64,000 nucleotides of DNA from Piromyces finnis finn (Eukaryota; Fungi; Neocallimastigomycota), in the NCBI GenBank assembly GCA_002104945.1, contig MCFH01000018.1, forward strand, positions 248,001 through 312,000, given 5' to 3'. Below, piece after piece: positions 33,000 through 48,500 of this stretch (position 1 is its first letter; every line of letters starts with the position of its first letter). The notes under the pieces were generated by a model. That model was given only the letters and a program-made list of their open reading frames with translations, had not been told where the DNA came from and made no database searches. The position numbers and the translations under genes are program-made.

Positions 33000-33947
33000 A
33001 AATTTAAAATTTTATAAATAAAAGTAAATAACTATTGAAAAATTAAATATATAACAAAATATTATAATATTATAAATTTCAAAATAGTTTTTTATATTGA
33101 TTATTAAAACCAAATAATTTCTTTATTGTTTATATAAAATATTAAAATTTTATATTTAATTCTTGTACTACATTTTTATTTTTTTTATTATTATTATTTT
33201 TTATATCAAAATATTATGATATAATAATATTTAATAATATTTGAATTGATGAATTATAGTATTACTCTGAAAAAAGCGTTAAAATGCTTATTATATATAA
33301 ATTTTAATACGTATAATTGATATTATCATAATTATTACTCTATTTTTACCAAATTAAAATCATATTTTTATGTTTTTCTTTTATAAAACTTCTCATTTTA
33401 TCTCTTATTTTTAATTAATATCATAATTTTAAATTAATTTTGAATTTAAATATAATGTATATACCATTATAAATTTTAAAAACCCTAATGATATATTAAA
33501 ATATAGATTATTTAAAAATAAGAAATTCAATATTTTATTCAATAGTTTAAAAAATAAATTATTACTTTTTATTTTCTTTTTTTTTTAATTAAATAATTTT
33601 TTAAATTTTCATAGTTATAAGAATAATAAAAAGTTTATTCATAATATTTAAAATATTTCGTTATTTTAAAAATTATATTTATATTAATTTATAATTTTAA
33701 GAGATAAATTTGAAGATATATATAACCAAAAAACATTATTAAATTTAAAACTATAATTTATTTTCAAAGTAATACATATTATCATAAAAATAAAAATAAA
33801 AATTCTGTTTTTTTTCAATTCCATTTATTTTTTTAAAATTATTATAATAAATATTATAATAATTAATAATTAATAAATAATATATAAATATATAGCAATA
33901 CTTCTATTTAAAGAGTTTATTCATAATATATATATACATATTTAATA

Positions 33948-36900
33948 ATGGATAATATAGAAAACGTTATTATTCAGTGCTTCGACCCAACATTATCTCC
34001 AAAGAAGAAAAATGAATTAGGTATGCTAATTTTAATAATTATTAAAAAATACTAAAAGTTTATTAAATTTAATATATTTATTATATTGTTTTTATAGATA
34101 ATATTTTAAATGCATTTTTGAATGATGATAAATCATACCAAAAAGTTGAGTTTTTATTAAAAACTACAGCAAATGAAAATGTTAGATTTTACTGTTTAAA
34201 TATATTTGAAGTATGTTTTATATATTATATCAAATAGAATCATCAATGTATTAATTATGATTATAACCAATTAGAACTATAAAATAGATAATATAATTAT
34301 TTAATTAAAAATACATTTTTAACTGAGATATATTCTTATAATTATAAAGGATTATATTGCCACTCGTTGGCACTATTTACAAATTGAAGATAAGCTTGAA
34401 ATAAGAAATTTCATATATAATTATTTAAAAGAAAATAACTCAACACTATCAAAGCTGATTATTAATAAAGGAATAAAAATTGTTGTAAATATTGCAAAAA
34501 GAGATTGGCCTTTAGAATGGCCCGATCTTATTTCAGATTTATTAAAATTAAACAATTCATTTGATGAATTGAGATTATCATATACAATAATTAAAACCAT
34601 TAATGAAGAATTTACAAGTTCAAGAGAAGATATTAATGCATCAAGAAAGATAGAGTTAAAACAGTTATTTTTAGAATATGTTCCTATGATTATTAATAAA
34701 ATGATGACTTTATTAGATAATATTTATAAAGAAGTATTTTTAATGAATAATGGATCTCCTATTAATACAAATGGAACATTTGAACCAAATAGCTTTATGT
34801 TAAGCCCTGAAACACAAAATGCTAATACATATTTTAATAATTTACCTATTATTGGAATATCTCCTACATCAGGATTTAATTCATTTAATTTTTCATCTCC
34901 TGGAAGTACTAATATAAATAATTCAATAATGGATAGTCAAAGAAAAGAAATTTGTATTTTAATATTAGAGAATTTAAGTCAGTTTTTTACCTGGATTCCA
35001 TTTTCAAAAGAATGCATTAATTCACAATATTTAAGTATTATTTTAAATTATGCACAATTATATCAAGAAAATAATGTTGAATTGGGTATACTTGCAATGT
35101 CTTCTATCAATGAAATATTTTCTAAAAATTATGTTCCAATTCAATTTATCAGTATTTTATTAGATGTTGCTTCTCATACTTTCGAAATATTAAAGTAATA
35201 TGAATATTAAATAAAATATTATTTTGATACATTAATGCCATACTAATATATTTTTTAATATTATTATACAATAAATAATATCATACTTTTTACTTTATTA
35301 TTTATATTTATTTATAAAAGAAATTTATCCGTATTAAGAAACATTGATAATACCTATTTAGAAAAATTTACTGAACATCTTGGATTATTCATTACTCAAC
35401 ATTTAAAAAGAGCTGAAACATATAAAGATTTTCCTATTAGTGATTTCTTAATTTTATTTTTAAATTATTCAAATACTCAACCAGATATTTTTTCATTTGA
35501 AAGATGCTTAAATCTTTGGTATTCTTTATTAGAATATTTCACTGATCATGTTAATGATGATGAAAAAGAAAAAATGAAAATTGAAAGTTATCAACCAATA
35601 ATGACTCAATTCTTTGAACAATTATTATTAAAAGCTAGATTTACTACTAATGAATACAATTTAAATGCATTTAATGATAGGGCAGAAGATGCTGAATATC
35701 AAACAGAATTAGATCATTTTACTAATGTATGTGCAGATATCGTATTAAAATTATCTGAATTATATCCAGAATGTGTATTACAAAAGCTTTTAGGTTTATT
35801 CTTTGATGATTTCCAGCATATGCAATCAGAAACAACAATACATTCAGTAAAAAATTATGCAAGAGATATGAAATTAACACTACAATGCTTTGGACAGATT
35901 GCTTATTTATTTACATCTGAATTTGAAAATAATTTCACTTCAACATTACAATTAATTCAACAATTTATGAGCGTCCTTTCAACATGTATGGAAAATGAAA
36001 TATATCTTAAAGGACATTCTTTCACAAAATTGTACGTTAATAATCATAATATTACATATATATTATCATATTATATAATATAAGTAATATAACTTTTAAA
36101 CTTATAATATTTAACATTTATTTAAAAATAAAATAGATGTGTACAACTATATAATACTATTAGACTTCAAATTCATTGGATGGTAAAATGGCATTCATTA
36201 TGCCAAAATGATGAGAAATCAATGAAAGAATTTATGGAATTTTTGAATAGAATTATAAATTTATGTATCATTGGATTTAATGATAAGGTTATATATACTA
36301 TATATATACTAAGAATATAAAAAATGAAAAATCTTTAACTTTAATAGTTAATACTAATATATAAATAAATAACTACTTAAATATATATATATATATATAC
36401 AATAAATATATCAGTGTTCAGATGTTCTAATGTCTGTTTCAGCAAGTTTACTAAATTCAATTACATTTACTGTAAGACCAGCAAAATTACTTATTCAACC
36501 ATGTATTCAAAGTTATCTATCAGTTTTAAATAACCAATCTATAAAATGGTCTATACCAGTAAAACAACAGATTTATAGTGCATTTGTTAATATATTCACA
36601 CTTCCAGGATTAAATCAATCGCCAAGTGAAAATGTAAAAAAAATTATTTATGACACCAATAAATATAAATTATATATTAATATATTATATTTTTAATATC
36701 AATTATTTTAGGAATGGGTTGAAAGAACAAAAGCTCTAAGTCAATTCATCGAACAATTTGGTAATGTATATTATAATCAAATTACTCAAGAAAATTTCGT
36801 TTCAAGTATGGAATACATGAAAGATGATTGTAAGTTATAATCTCTATATTTTTTAAAATTGTTAATATATTTCTTTTAATATTATAAATTATATTAATTC

Positions 36901-38490
36901 CTTCTATATTATAAAAGCGAGATTATTAATAATACACACACTTACAATTTTCTCTGCAATGTTAAAGAGTGTAAGTGGAGAAAGTAGCAACTCGAAAACA
37001 GTTGTCTTTGAAGTATTAAAGAAATATCTTCCAATAACCTTTAATTTACTTCAACCTTATATTAATGATGGTGGTAATTATTATTATGATTAAAAAATAT
37101 ATAGCTTTATATATAAAATATTTAATAAACAAATATTAATTATTAATATGATAATAAAATTATTATTACAAGAAATTTTATTATCAATTTTTGATTTCCT
37201 TCTTAACTTATTTGATAACTTACAAAAACAAATTGGGTTGCCAGTTATTTCAAAAACTGTTAATATGTTCTTTAGTATTTTGAACGAAAATCAAATTCAA
37301 ACTATTATGTTTGGAGATAAAAAAGATGCTGATGCTTTAATTAAGTAAATATGAATATGTAAAAAATAAAATTAATATGTCATAATTTTATATTAACTAT
37401 TATTTCTTATATTGAATTAATATAAATTTGTTTTTACTTTAAAGGTTTATTCAATTATTAACCGTATTAGCAGAAGATACTTCAAAAACCATTTATCCAT
37501 TACTTCCAGATATTATATCATATAGTATTAATGTTATCTTTAAAAAATGTTTTGCCAATGAAACTCCAAATCTCGGAAGAATTCAATTTTCATATTATGA
37601 ATTAATAGAAAAAATATTAATTAACCAATGGAGATATTTCTTCCCAAATTCATTAATTAAATCTATGATAAACAAAAATATAAATACAGAACAGGAACAC
37701 AGAAATGAATTTATTGACTTTTTGAATGTAATACATTATATTTTACTTATTAATTATTATTACTTTAAAAATAACCATTTTTATATTATTTCTATATGAT
37801 ATTTATGTAATTTTTAGATTATCTTATATTCTTTTAAAGGAAAAGATATTAATTGCATTAAAAAAAATATTGATACATTAAATATGTTAAATGAAAAATG
37901 TAACCTCTTTTCTCAAGTAAATCAACACATTATATACTTAATATATTATACTATGAATATTATATATTAAATTATTTTAAAAATTAATAGGATGTATTTA
38001 AAGATGCTTTAATGGTTAATTACTTGGATATATTGTTTGAAATATTGTTAACTAAATCTCTTGATTTCTTAAGAGATGATATAATTCAAATTGTTTATTT
38101 AATAATATCAAATAACTATATGCTATTTTCAACTAATGTGAGTATTAATGAATATTAAATTTAATTGTAAAATCATTACTAACATTTCTAAAATTATCTC
38201 TATATTATAATATTGAATAATATGTAATTTTTTATAGTATATTCCTCACTTACTATCTGAAAAATGTACTAATTTCTCAGAAAGTCAATTAGATATTATT
38301 AATAATTATTTAAATAACATAAAGGTAAGCTATTATTTTTTATTTAATAATTATCATTATTTGAAAGAAGCCTCATAATAAAAGTTATAATTATTTATTG
38401 AAAATTAATTAGGATGTTCAATCATGTACAGAAAATATTTATATTCTTGTTAATGATTACTGTTACTTTTCGAGAATTAATTGCCGTTAA
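33948..38490 (+). CDS. XPO6: Exportin-6-like karyopherin; about 14 exons
   Basis: IVVNIAKRDWPLEW, IKTINEEFTSSREDINASRKIELKQLF, LSQFFTWIP, LAMSSINEIFSKNYVP and the C-terminal ENIYILVNDYCYF. These match metazoan XPO6 motifs as I recall them (VIVDIGRQDWP, LKTTSEELACPREDLSVARKEELRKLL, RLVNDLRYY). Confidence 0.85.
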
Positions 38491-39089
38491 ATATATTTCT
38501 GTATATAATTCTTATATCAGGAAAAATTAACTCTATAATTTTTATAATAATTATTATAGTATAATTTATGTTTTATAGAAATAAAGTATCTTATATAAAG
38601 ATATTAGAAAACTTATATATCTAGCATAATTATTATTTATATTTATTTAATTCAAATATAAAAAATATATAGTATAATTTACATTTTTTTTAACAAATTT
38701 AATAGAAAAAAATTAGAAATATATAATATTAATCTATAATTTGAATATATGAAACTATTTGAAATTATTTATTCTAATAATTGTAAATGATTAATAAATT
38801 TATATTTTGAAAAAAGAAATATTTTAGTATTTTCAAAATATATAATATAAATAATATTAATTTTTTATATAATATTTATATTTTAATCATAAAGTTCTTT
38901 GAATGATATAAATATGACATATTATATCTTGCTGGTTCATCTTGATATTTTTCAATTAATGGCTATTATTTTTATTTAAATATTAAAATTTTATAGTGAA
39001 TAATTTTTCAAACAATTATAAATATTTATTTAGATTTAATATAAATTTTATAATGTTTTTGTTACACAAAATATATTAAATTACTAATT

Positions 39090-39120
<31 letters not shown>

Positions 39121-39606
39121 AATTTTTTATAAAAAATAAATTAGCTTATTATAATTTTTTTCTTTAGAAATATATTTTAATTTTTACAATCATTTACAAT
39201 ATTAATTCTCCTTTATATAAATAATATTACAGTATAACCTTTAATGTTTATATCAATTGACATTTTATTTATTTTTATTTTATGTAATTCTTTATAATTT
39301 AATAAGTATAAAATGATAATTAATATTTTTTTTTACCAACTATTTTATTAATGATAAGGATAGTATGATAAAAATCATAAACTTCGTACATAATGTATAA
39401 ATATAATAACTTTAATAATTAGTTTTTTACATATAATTATAAAAAAATTAAATTAACAAATTAAAAAATTTTTATAATTTAATTACTTTTTTTTTAAAAA
39501 AAAAAAAAAGGTTAATTATACTTGTAAGAGTATGATAAAGAAAATAAAGAAAAAAAATCATATAAAATAACTAATGTACAAACAGCATTTATTAATAATA
39601 TAAAAT

Positions 39607-42600
39607 ATGGAAGAAAGGGAATATATCATAAAGTAATAATACTTTCTTTTATATATAAAAATTACATTATATTATTATTTTTTAATAATTAATATAAAAT
39701 ATAATTAAGGAAAAAATGGGATTTCATTATGAAAGATCCTATTCTATCGATATCATCGATAAAAAAAAAAGCATTTGATGGTTTATTAGCTAATAAGGGA
39801 TTGAGAAGTCTTTGTTGGAAAGTAAATTTAGCATAATGATAAGTAAAAACACTAATTATAGTGTTTTAAAGAATTATTAATTTTAAATATACATAAATTT
39901 ATATATATATAAAAGATTTTCTTAGATTATATACCAAACTTGGAAACGTCTTCCTGGCAAATTGAAATAAATAAAGAACGTCAACATTATGAAGATTTGA
40001 AAAATAAATTTATTTTTGATCCTAATAAAGCAAATAAAGGAGAAAATTGGAATATTAACAATCCATTAAGTTTAGAAGAAGAAGTAAATTTAAATTATTA
40101 TATATTTTAAAAATATGAATAAATAAATTTTGTTTGTTATATATATATTTATATTTTCTTTATTTAAAAAAAAAAAAAAAAAAAAAAAATCTTTGATTAA
40201 ATAAAAATTAATTTTTATAATTACGAATTGAAATAATAAAAAAAATCAAATATAATATAGAGTCCATGGAAACAGTATTTTGAAAATACTAAACTTCAAA
40301 AAACAATTAGACAAGATGTTGAAAGAACGTAAATATTTTAAAGGAAACAATTAAAATATTAAAGTTATGATATTAATTTGTTGTTTATGTATTACATGAC
40401 TTAATATATATGTTATTTTTGAAAAGTTTTCCAGATATTCAATTCTTCAGAAACGAAAATGTTCAAAATATTCTTTGTAATATATTATTTATTTATTGTA
40501 AATTAAATCAGGATATATCTTATCGTCAAGGCATGCATGAAATATTAGCACCAATACTAATGATAATAGATAATGACAAAATTGATATCTCTAATACTAC
40601 TATACAGTAATGTCACCATGTCACAATTATTATATATTAATATATATCATATATTAATAATTTTTTGAAATTTATGAATATTTAATACTAAATATAAATC
40701 ATAAAATTATATATATATATTTCATTTGTTTTGTTGTCATTTTTTTAAAAAACAAATTAACCTATTTATTAACGTATGTAGAGATGATTTAATGAAGAGT
40801 GTATTAAACAGTAAATATGTTGAACATGATTCATTCATTCTGTTTTGTCAAGTCATGAAAGGTGCAAAACCATGGTATGAATATAATGAAAGTATTTCAA
40901 CGGCTGTTGATTCTTCAAAAGTAAGCTAATATTTTTTTTACAATCAAAAGCATTTAAATTCATGACACTAATATAGCAACTTTTTGTATATATATAATAT
41001 TTAATTTTCTAATAAAGGAAAAATTTATTGTACCAATTATTGCTAAATGTCAAAGAATTCAAAATGAAATGTTAAAGGTTATTGATAATGACTTATATAT
41101 AGCATTAAAAAAACACGAAATTGAACCTCAACTTTATGGATTGTATGCTTAATTTAGTTAATGAAATCTTTAAAATTATGCATATTAATTATATATTTTT
41201 TTTTATTTTATAAATATTTATATATATGCTTTAAAAAAAAATTATGATATATTATATATTTATTAAAATGCATCAATATTTATATTAAAAACATGATATA
41301 AATTAAAATTATTAATTTTCCAATTTTAAGACGTTGGTTAAGATTACTTTTTAGTAGAGAATTTACAATGGATGAAGTTTTAATTTTATGGGACGGTATT
41401 TTCGCAGAAGGAAATAATCTTGAATTAGTAGACTGGATTGTTTTAGTTATGCTAACCCATATACGAGAAAAAAGTAGGTTATCCTTAAATTGTTAAGAAA
41501 AAAGAAAACTTAATTAAATATTAATAATAACAATAAATATATATATTAAATTAAATAACAATTTATTAAAAAAAGTTATTGGTCAAGAATACTCAGTTTG
41601 TTTAACTTCATTAATGAAATATCCAAAGTTAGAAGATAACAAAGAAATTATTCAATTTGTAGAGAATGCTAGAAAATTAAAAGCCAATTGGGTAAAGTTA
41701 TTATCAAATAATAATGAACAACATAAGGAAATTCAAGTTAATCCAAATAATCATGTTAAAAAGAATAAATTCCAGAGCATAATGAAATCAACAGATAAAA
41801 GAATTTCATGGAGCGGACATGATCCATTAAAATTCAGTAAAGGATCAAATAAAATATATACTCTTCCATCAGCAAATAATATTAATGAAGAGTCAAAAGA
41901 TCATATTTATCCTAAAACATCCCTTCATGAAAAGCAATTAGAAGAAGAAAATAATCAGTTAAAATTAAAAGTGGAAGATTTGGAACTTATAATAAAAAAT
42001 GCAAATAATCAAATAAATAAATGCATGAAACTAATGAATGAAATTAAAAGTAATCATTTAAATGATGATGAAAAAGTAATTGATGAACATTTTAATCATG
42101 ACTATAATCAATTAATGTTAGATATGGATATATTAAAAAGAATACTAGGTCATAAAAGTCAAAATCATAGTCTTAAAAAGACACTTACACCGATTTCTAC
42201 TAAAGCTAATTCTAAAGCAACAGAAAAACATAATATAATAGAGGAGTCTTCATCTATGCCCAACTCATTAAATTCAGAAACTCCATCGACCATTTCAATT
42301 AGTAATTCTTCAACGAAACCTTATTATGAGAAAAATATTAAGCATAAAGATACTATAAACAATTCTTTACCAGATTCAATTCAAAATAAAAAATCTGAAA
42401 CATCAATTCATGTTAGCGTCAATGTGAAAAATAGTGATTTGGCTAAGCAATCTCTTAATAAATTTGAAGAAGATAAAATAACTAGTTCTCAACATAAAAA
42501 AGAAGATGATAAAGATAATAATAAAAATTCTTTAAATCCATCTTCTTCTTCTTCATTATCGAACTTATCTTTGTCACCAATTACTACATCCGTTGTTACC

Positions 42601-44304
42601 GCAACAGCAATTTCAACGATGTCTTCACCTAAGAAAGACATTATTAATAATAAATCAAATGAATTTTTAATGGATTCGTATAAAGACAACAACAATAATA
42701 TTTGGAATGACTCTTTAAAAACTCAAGAATATGATTCTTTTGAAATTAAATTAGATCAGAGTCATCGATTTGATGATATTAAATTACAAGATTCTAATTT
42801 TGGATTTCAATCACTTAATTCTGATAATGAATTGCAAAGTACTTCAAAGAATGGTTTTAATTCAATTTCATTAGTAGGTAATCCATGGGAAGATCCATGG
42901 AATAAAAATAATACGGCTAAATTATCTCCTAAGATATCACCATTTTCTATGAAAATAGAAAATTCAAATATTAATGAACAATTAAAAAATAAAATTATTT
43001 CTCCAACTTCTCTTAATTTCAATCCATTTGAAAACACAATTAATTCTCCAAATGGTAATAATACTATGACATCAACTAACTTTTTCAATGATCATAACTC
43101 AAATATTGAAAAGAATAGTGATACATACGGAAAGGATTCATCACATATCAATTCAAAATCGCCTTTATCTTCACCAATATTAAATGCATCACCTGTCGAA
43201 AAGCCAAAAATAGAAACTATTGAAAGTCCAATGTCTGCTTCACTCAATAAAGAAGAAAGTAGTCAAAAGAAATCATTTATTGCATCATCTTATAATTCAA
43301 GTAACTCATTATTTTCTACACTAACATCTTCTATTAAAAATAATGATTTAGACAAAAGAATTCAAGAAAATAAAAAGATTCTTTTTAGTCATGATGACGA
43401 TAAAGATCAAAATAAAGAAAATTCTCATTTAGCATTCCACAGTAATATTCATCAAAATAAATTTAATAATACAAATACTAGTCATGGTCTTTTTAACGAT
43501 GATCAAGATTCAGAAGATATTTTCGAATTTATTAAACATTCTAAAACCAAAAATACTAGTCAAACAACGATATCCTTCCCAAACAGTTATTATAAGGCTT
43601 CAGATTCTAATCCTTCCTCCAATAATACAACGCCCTTAACATCACCAAAACCTATTCATAGTAATATCAAAACAAATTTATCCTTTAAATCATCAACATT
43701 TATATCCAATCATCGAAAATCATCTACTTCCAGTCATTTTGATTATAAGGTTAGTTAAATTTTTTTCTCATTATAAAAATAAAAAATTTATTATTATCCT
43801 AATTATATGAATATGTATACATTTTTTTAATATTAATAACAAATATATAAAATATTTAACATTATAAAATTGAAGGCCAAAAAGTCAAGTAATATGGAGT
43901 ATGTAGAATATGATCCATTACTATCCCCAAATCTAAAAACAGAAGAGCCATATCGCTCTAATAAAGACTCATTTGAATCTATACCTATACCAACCACTAA
44001 TAATGAGGAAAACTTTACAAATCCAATAGCTCCTTTTATAACACCTACTTTAGGACTTTCCACCACTACCACAATTACTAATGTTAGTACTAACTCATCA
44101 CAAAAAACCAGAGCATCAACAAGTACATTTTATAGAATTACAGAAGAGAAACACAAATCTAAAAAAAATGATGATCTAGGAGTTCCTGTTGTAATTGAAA
44201 ATATTCAATCTACTACAATTGATTCGTTAGATACTAATAAAAATGCTAAACCTGTTTTATTAGATCCATTAGGTGCTGGTGTAGTACATTCTCTTGAATT
44301 TTAA
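39607..44304 (+). CDS. TBC1D5: TBC-domain RabGAP, TBC1D5-like, with a long Ser/Asn-rich C-terminus; about 10 exons
   Basis: GLRSLCWK, IRQDVERTFPD (Arg finger), YRQGMHEILAPI (Gln finger), YVEHDSF, IEPQLYGLRWLRLLFSREF and LMKYP. The C-terminus ends LDPLGA. Confidence 0.85.
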
Positions 44305-44369
44305 AAAAAAAAAATTAAAAGTTAAAAATCAAAATTAATATATTCATTCTTATTATATTGGTAATGTTA

Positions 44370-44410
<41 letters not shown>

Positions 44411-44752
44411 AGAGAATGGATTTAATACTTTTAAATAAAATAAAATAAAAATATACTATATATTATAATCAATTATAAAAACACAAATAATTTATTAAAA
44501 AATGAAAAATATTTAGTAATACTTTTCAATGGATTCAAACAAGTATTAAAAAAAAAAAGTAAAATAAATAAAAATATAAATTTTTCTTTATTAAATATAT
44601 TATCTTATAATAATGAAAATTAAAATAAATAATATAAAAAAAATAAAGGATAAAAGGTTTATTAACAATAATATTAAATATAAAAGAAATTTTACAATTT
44701 AAACTATTTAAATATAATGTTAAATTTTAAATAGTTATTCACTTATTTATAT

Positions 44753-44872
44753 ATTCATTCATTCATTCATTTATTTATTTATTTATTTATTTATTCATTT
44801 ATTTATTTATTTATTTATTTATTCATTTATTTATTTATTTATTTATTTATTTATTAATTTATTTATTTATAA
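44753..44872. repeat. (ATTC)n-(ATTT)n tetranucleotide microsatellite between convergent genes
   Basis: Seen directly in the sequence. A poly(A) run lies at ~44372-44406. Confidence 0.9.
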
Positions 44873-45573
44873 AAAAAATAATTAAAAATATAATACTAAG
44901 TTTTTTTTTTTTTTTTAATTTTTTTTTTTTTATTCTCTCTTTTTTTAAAAAAAAAATTATAATCTTATATATACAGATTTTTTTTATAAAAATAATCTTT
45001 TAATTATATACCTTTTTTTTAGTTAATTTTATATATATATATATATTTTTTAATTTGTTATTAATAATTTTCATAATTCATAAATTTATTTTTAAAAAAT
45101 GAAGACGATATTTCATAAATGTATTATTACTATAATAATATATAACATCCTTAATATTTGATTATTATTATTATTATTTTTATCATTACTAATATAATCT
45201 ATTATTACATAATATCTTTTAAAGTACAATTATATGTTTTTTTTATATATAAAAAATTTGAATATAAAATAAAATAATAAATAAAAATAATAATTATTAT
45301 AAATGTTTTAATATAAAGAAGAAAAAAAGGTATTTTGAAAACATTTACGTTATTATTTTATTTTATTATTATTTTATATATATATTTAATTTTATTTTAA
45401 TAATTTAAAATTCTAATGTTTTTATATAAATAAAATAAGTATTATCTTTTTAATAGAAATATTGCGATTTCAATATATATATATTTTTTAATTTCTTATC
45501 TTTTTTTTTTTTAATTTTGGTTAATATATTGTTCTGTCTTTTAAAAGTTAATCTATACAGCTTAAATAATCAT

Positions 45574-48500
45574 CTAACTGAACAAGTCTATACAATTTTA
45601 ATAATTAAAATGTATTAATAATATGATTTTATGATTATTTATTCAAGAAAAAAAAAAATAAATAAATTACAAACTTACCTCTGTGAACAATAATTCTTGG
45701 GTTAATGTTAATTTTCTTTTCCCAGAACTTAAATACGGATCCAACACTTGATTTTATTAATAATATTTATTTTGATTAGAATAATAAATTGATGCATTTT
45801 ATTAAAAAGAAAAATTAAAATTTCTACTTACTGTACTTCGGTACCAATATTTTGATCTAATGCTTTTGAGATGGCAAGAACACCCTTTTTACTTAAATTA
45901 CAGTCATCTATCCATAATTGCTTAATACGAGAATTTGCAATAAAACCTTCAGCAATAGCTTTAGCACCTTCATTACCAATATTATTACTACTGAATCTAT
46001 ATTTATTTCATTTAATAATCATATAATAATAATATATTAATATTTATATATACCTATCTATTTTATAAAGTTTTATGGAAAAAAAAAATAATAATAAAAT
46101 AAAATGACTTACTTTATTAATTCTAAACCTAAATTATTAAGGAAAGTTGGGGTAAACGATGACATAGCTTTTGAAGTAATTCCACATTTTTGAAGCAATA
46201 AATATTTCAATGTCATATTCTTACGTAATGCTGAGGAAATTGCAATTGCTCCCTTATCACCAATATCATTTTGTTGCAAAATCAATCGTAAAAGTACTCT
46301 ATTATCTTTAAGCATTTCTGCAAATGCAATGGCTGCGCTTTCACCAACTAAACAATTACAAAGTTCAAAATCTTCAATAGACTTATTATTATGAAGAGCT
46401 TCAGCCATCATTTTAGCACAATCATTACCAAATGCAGCATTCTTTAAATGAATAGCCTTTAAACTTTCACTTTGATGAATAAGATTAGCAAAAAGTTGAC
46501 CTGATTTACCAGTAACATTATTATTTAATATCCATGATGGATCAAGATTAGATGCATCATATTTAATTATATCTAAAATATTATTTTCTTGTTGAGGACG
46601 AGATCTCTTAGAACAGAAAGTTATATCAATAATAGTAAATTCGTTATTACGAATAAATGCTTTGGCCAATGCAATAATAGCCGGATCACCAAAACGACAG
46701 TTACGAATATAAATATGACGAATGTGTGTATATTTTATAATGTCAATTAATACCTTATAAGCAGAACGTTTATAAGACCAATCGCTATAACCGTAGGTAT
46801 TAAATTCAATACGATTCTTTCTAATTACTTCCTCAAACTTAAATTCTCCAAAGCGTTCTCTGAATTCTTTCATATATATTTTAAGAAGCATTTCTCTAGC
46901 ATAATCTTTCTTTATAGGGGGTTCAAGAGGTATTTCCATGCAAACTTGATCAATAAATGAAGTAGTAAATGTAAGATTTTCTGTGTCTTTTGGTTTAATG
47001 TGTGGAAAAGTTAAATTAGAAAGACAATATTCTTCCTTTGGATAATATATTGAAATGTCTTCATGATCCAAAAAGCTAAATGTAATGTCCTTCCTAAATT
47101 CACATTTATAAACACCTTCTGTATTATTAGATATAGGTGGTGCTAAATAATTATTATCTTCCTTAGCTGAAGAATTCTTTTCTGGTTCTGAATTATCAGC
47201 AATTTTCATTGATTTAAGAGCATGATTAAGATTGGCTTGCTTATCAGCTCCATCATCCTCTTTGATTCTTTCATTATATGGAGAATGTGGTCTGGAAGCT
47301 GGTGGGGTTTTATAAGGCTGACTTTGATGTTTATTTTGATAATTAGCAGCGGCAATAGATGCTGCATTAGCTTCTGAAGAAAGTGTTTTACCGATTGAGA
47401 TTTTTCTTGGAGAAGATACATCTGAAGCATCAATCTCTATAACATGTCTACCGTTAGGATAAAGATTAGACTTAGAACGGGTTCTTGATTTTGAACGTGA
47501 ACGAGAACGAGAACGTGAATGAGTACCTGGACCAGCGCTGACGTGTGAACGAGAACGTGAACGAGATCTTCTAGAAGTATCAATTGAAAGAACCCCTTGG
47601 TTTTGACTTGATCTTCTTTTTTGATAACTTGGTAAAGCATATTGACCATTTTCATTATTAGAATGGTTAGCATAGATTTCTCGAAGCATATTATCATCAA
47701 CTTGATATAAATATTGGAAATGTTCATCATTTTCATTACTATAAAGTGATGTAAGTTCAAAATCATTTTCGAAAATCTTTTGCATATGATAGTTATAATT
47801 TTCTTCTATTTCATTGAAATTTGTTTGTGAGAAAGTACCTTCAATATATTCGTCATCAAAATAGTCATCAATAAATTGATCTGAAAGTTCTTCATCATCA
47901 GAAAGAGAAAGTTCATTCAATATTTCTTGATCTATTACTTCACGTTCGGTACGAGTAATATACAAATTTGTTGGAGGCATATCGTCATTCAATTCTTTGA
48001 ATGCAAGCTCATACCCATTTTGTGCATGATAACTACCTTGAAGTTCATTATCTTCTTCCGATGGTATATAACGATGAGTTGATGGAGTAATTCTCTTTAA
48101 AGTAGAACTATTACTATTATTTGAAATACGAACAGCACTTGTATGTTTACTAATTGAAGGACTTAAAAGATTAGGAGAAGTACTCATCTTTTGACTTGAG
48201 GAGGTAATTGATGTTGAAGTGCTTCTTTGACGATAGCCACTTTGTACAACATTAATTGACTTTCCCATTGAGTTCTTTATAGGATTATTATGCTTTGAAG
48301 AAAGTCGTTCTGGTAACATTTCTGCAGTTAATTGTTTTGGATGACTGGTACTCGATGGAGAATGAGAATAACTGGAATGATTATGTGGAAAACTTCCACT
48401 AAGAGAATGTGCATGACCTTTACTTTGACCACGATTATTATTACTAAATAGTACAGAACGACCCTGACCATTTTTAATATAAGGAATTGCAATAGATTTT

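Noticed and set aside
41468-41490. gtaggttatccttaa in a TBC intron, resembling U12 signals
   Set aside because: The donor is GTAGGT (U2-type) and the ATCCTT is offset from the splice site, so it is not a minor intron.
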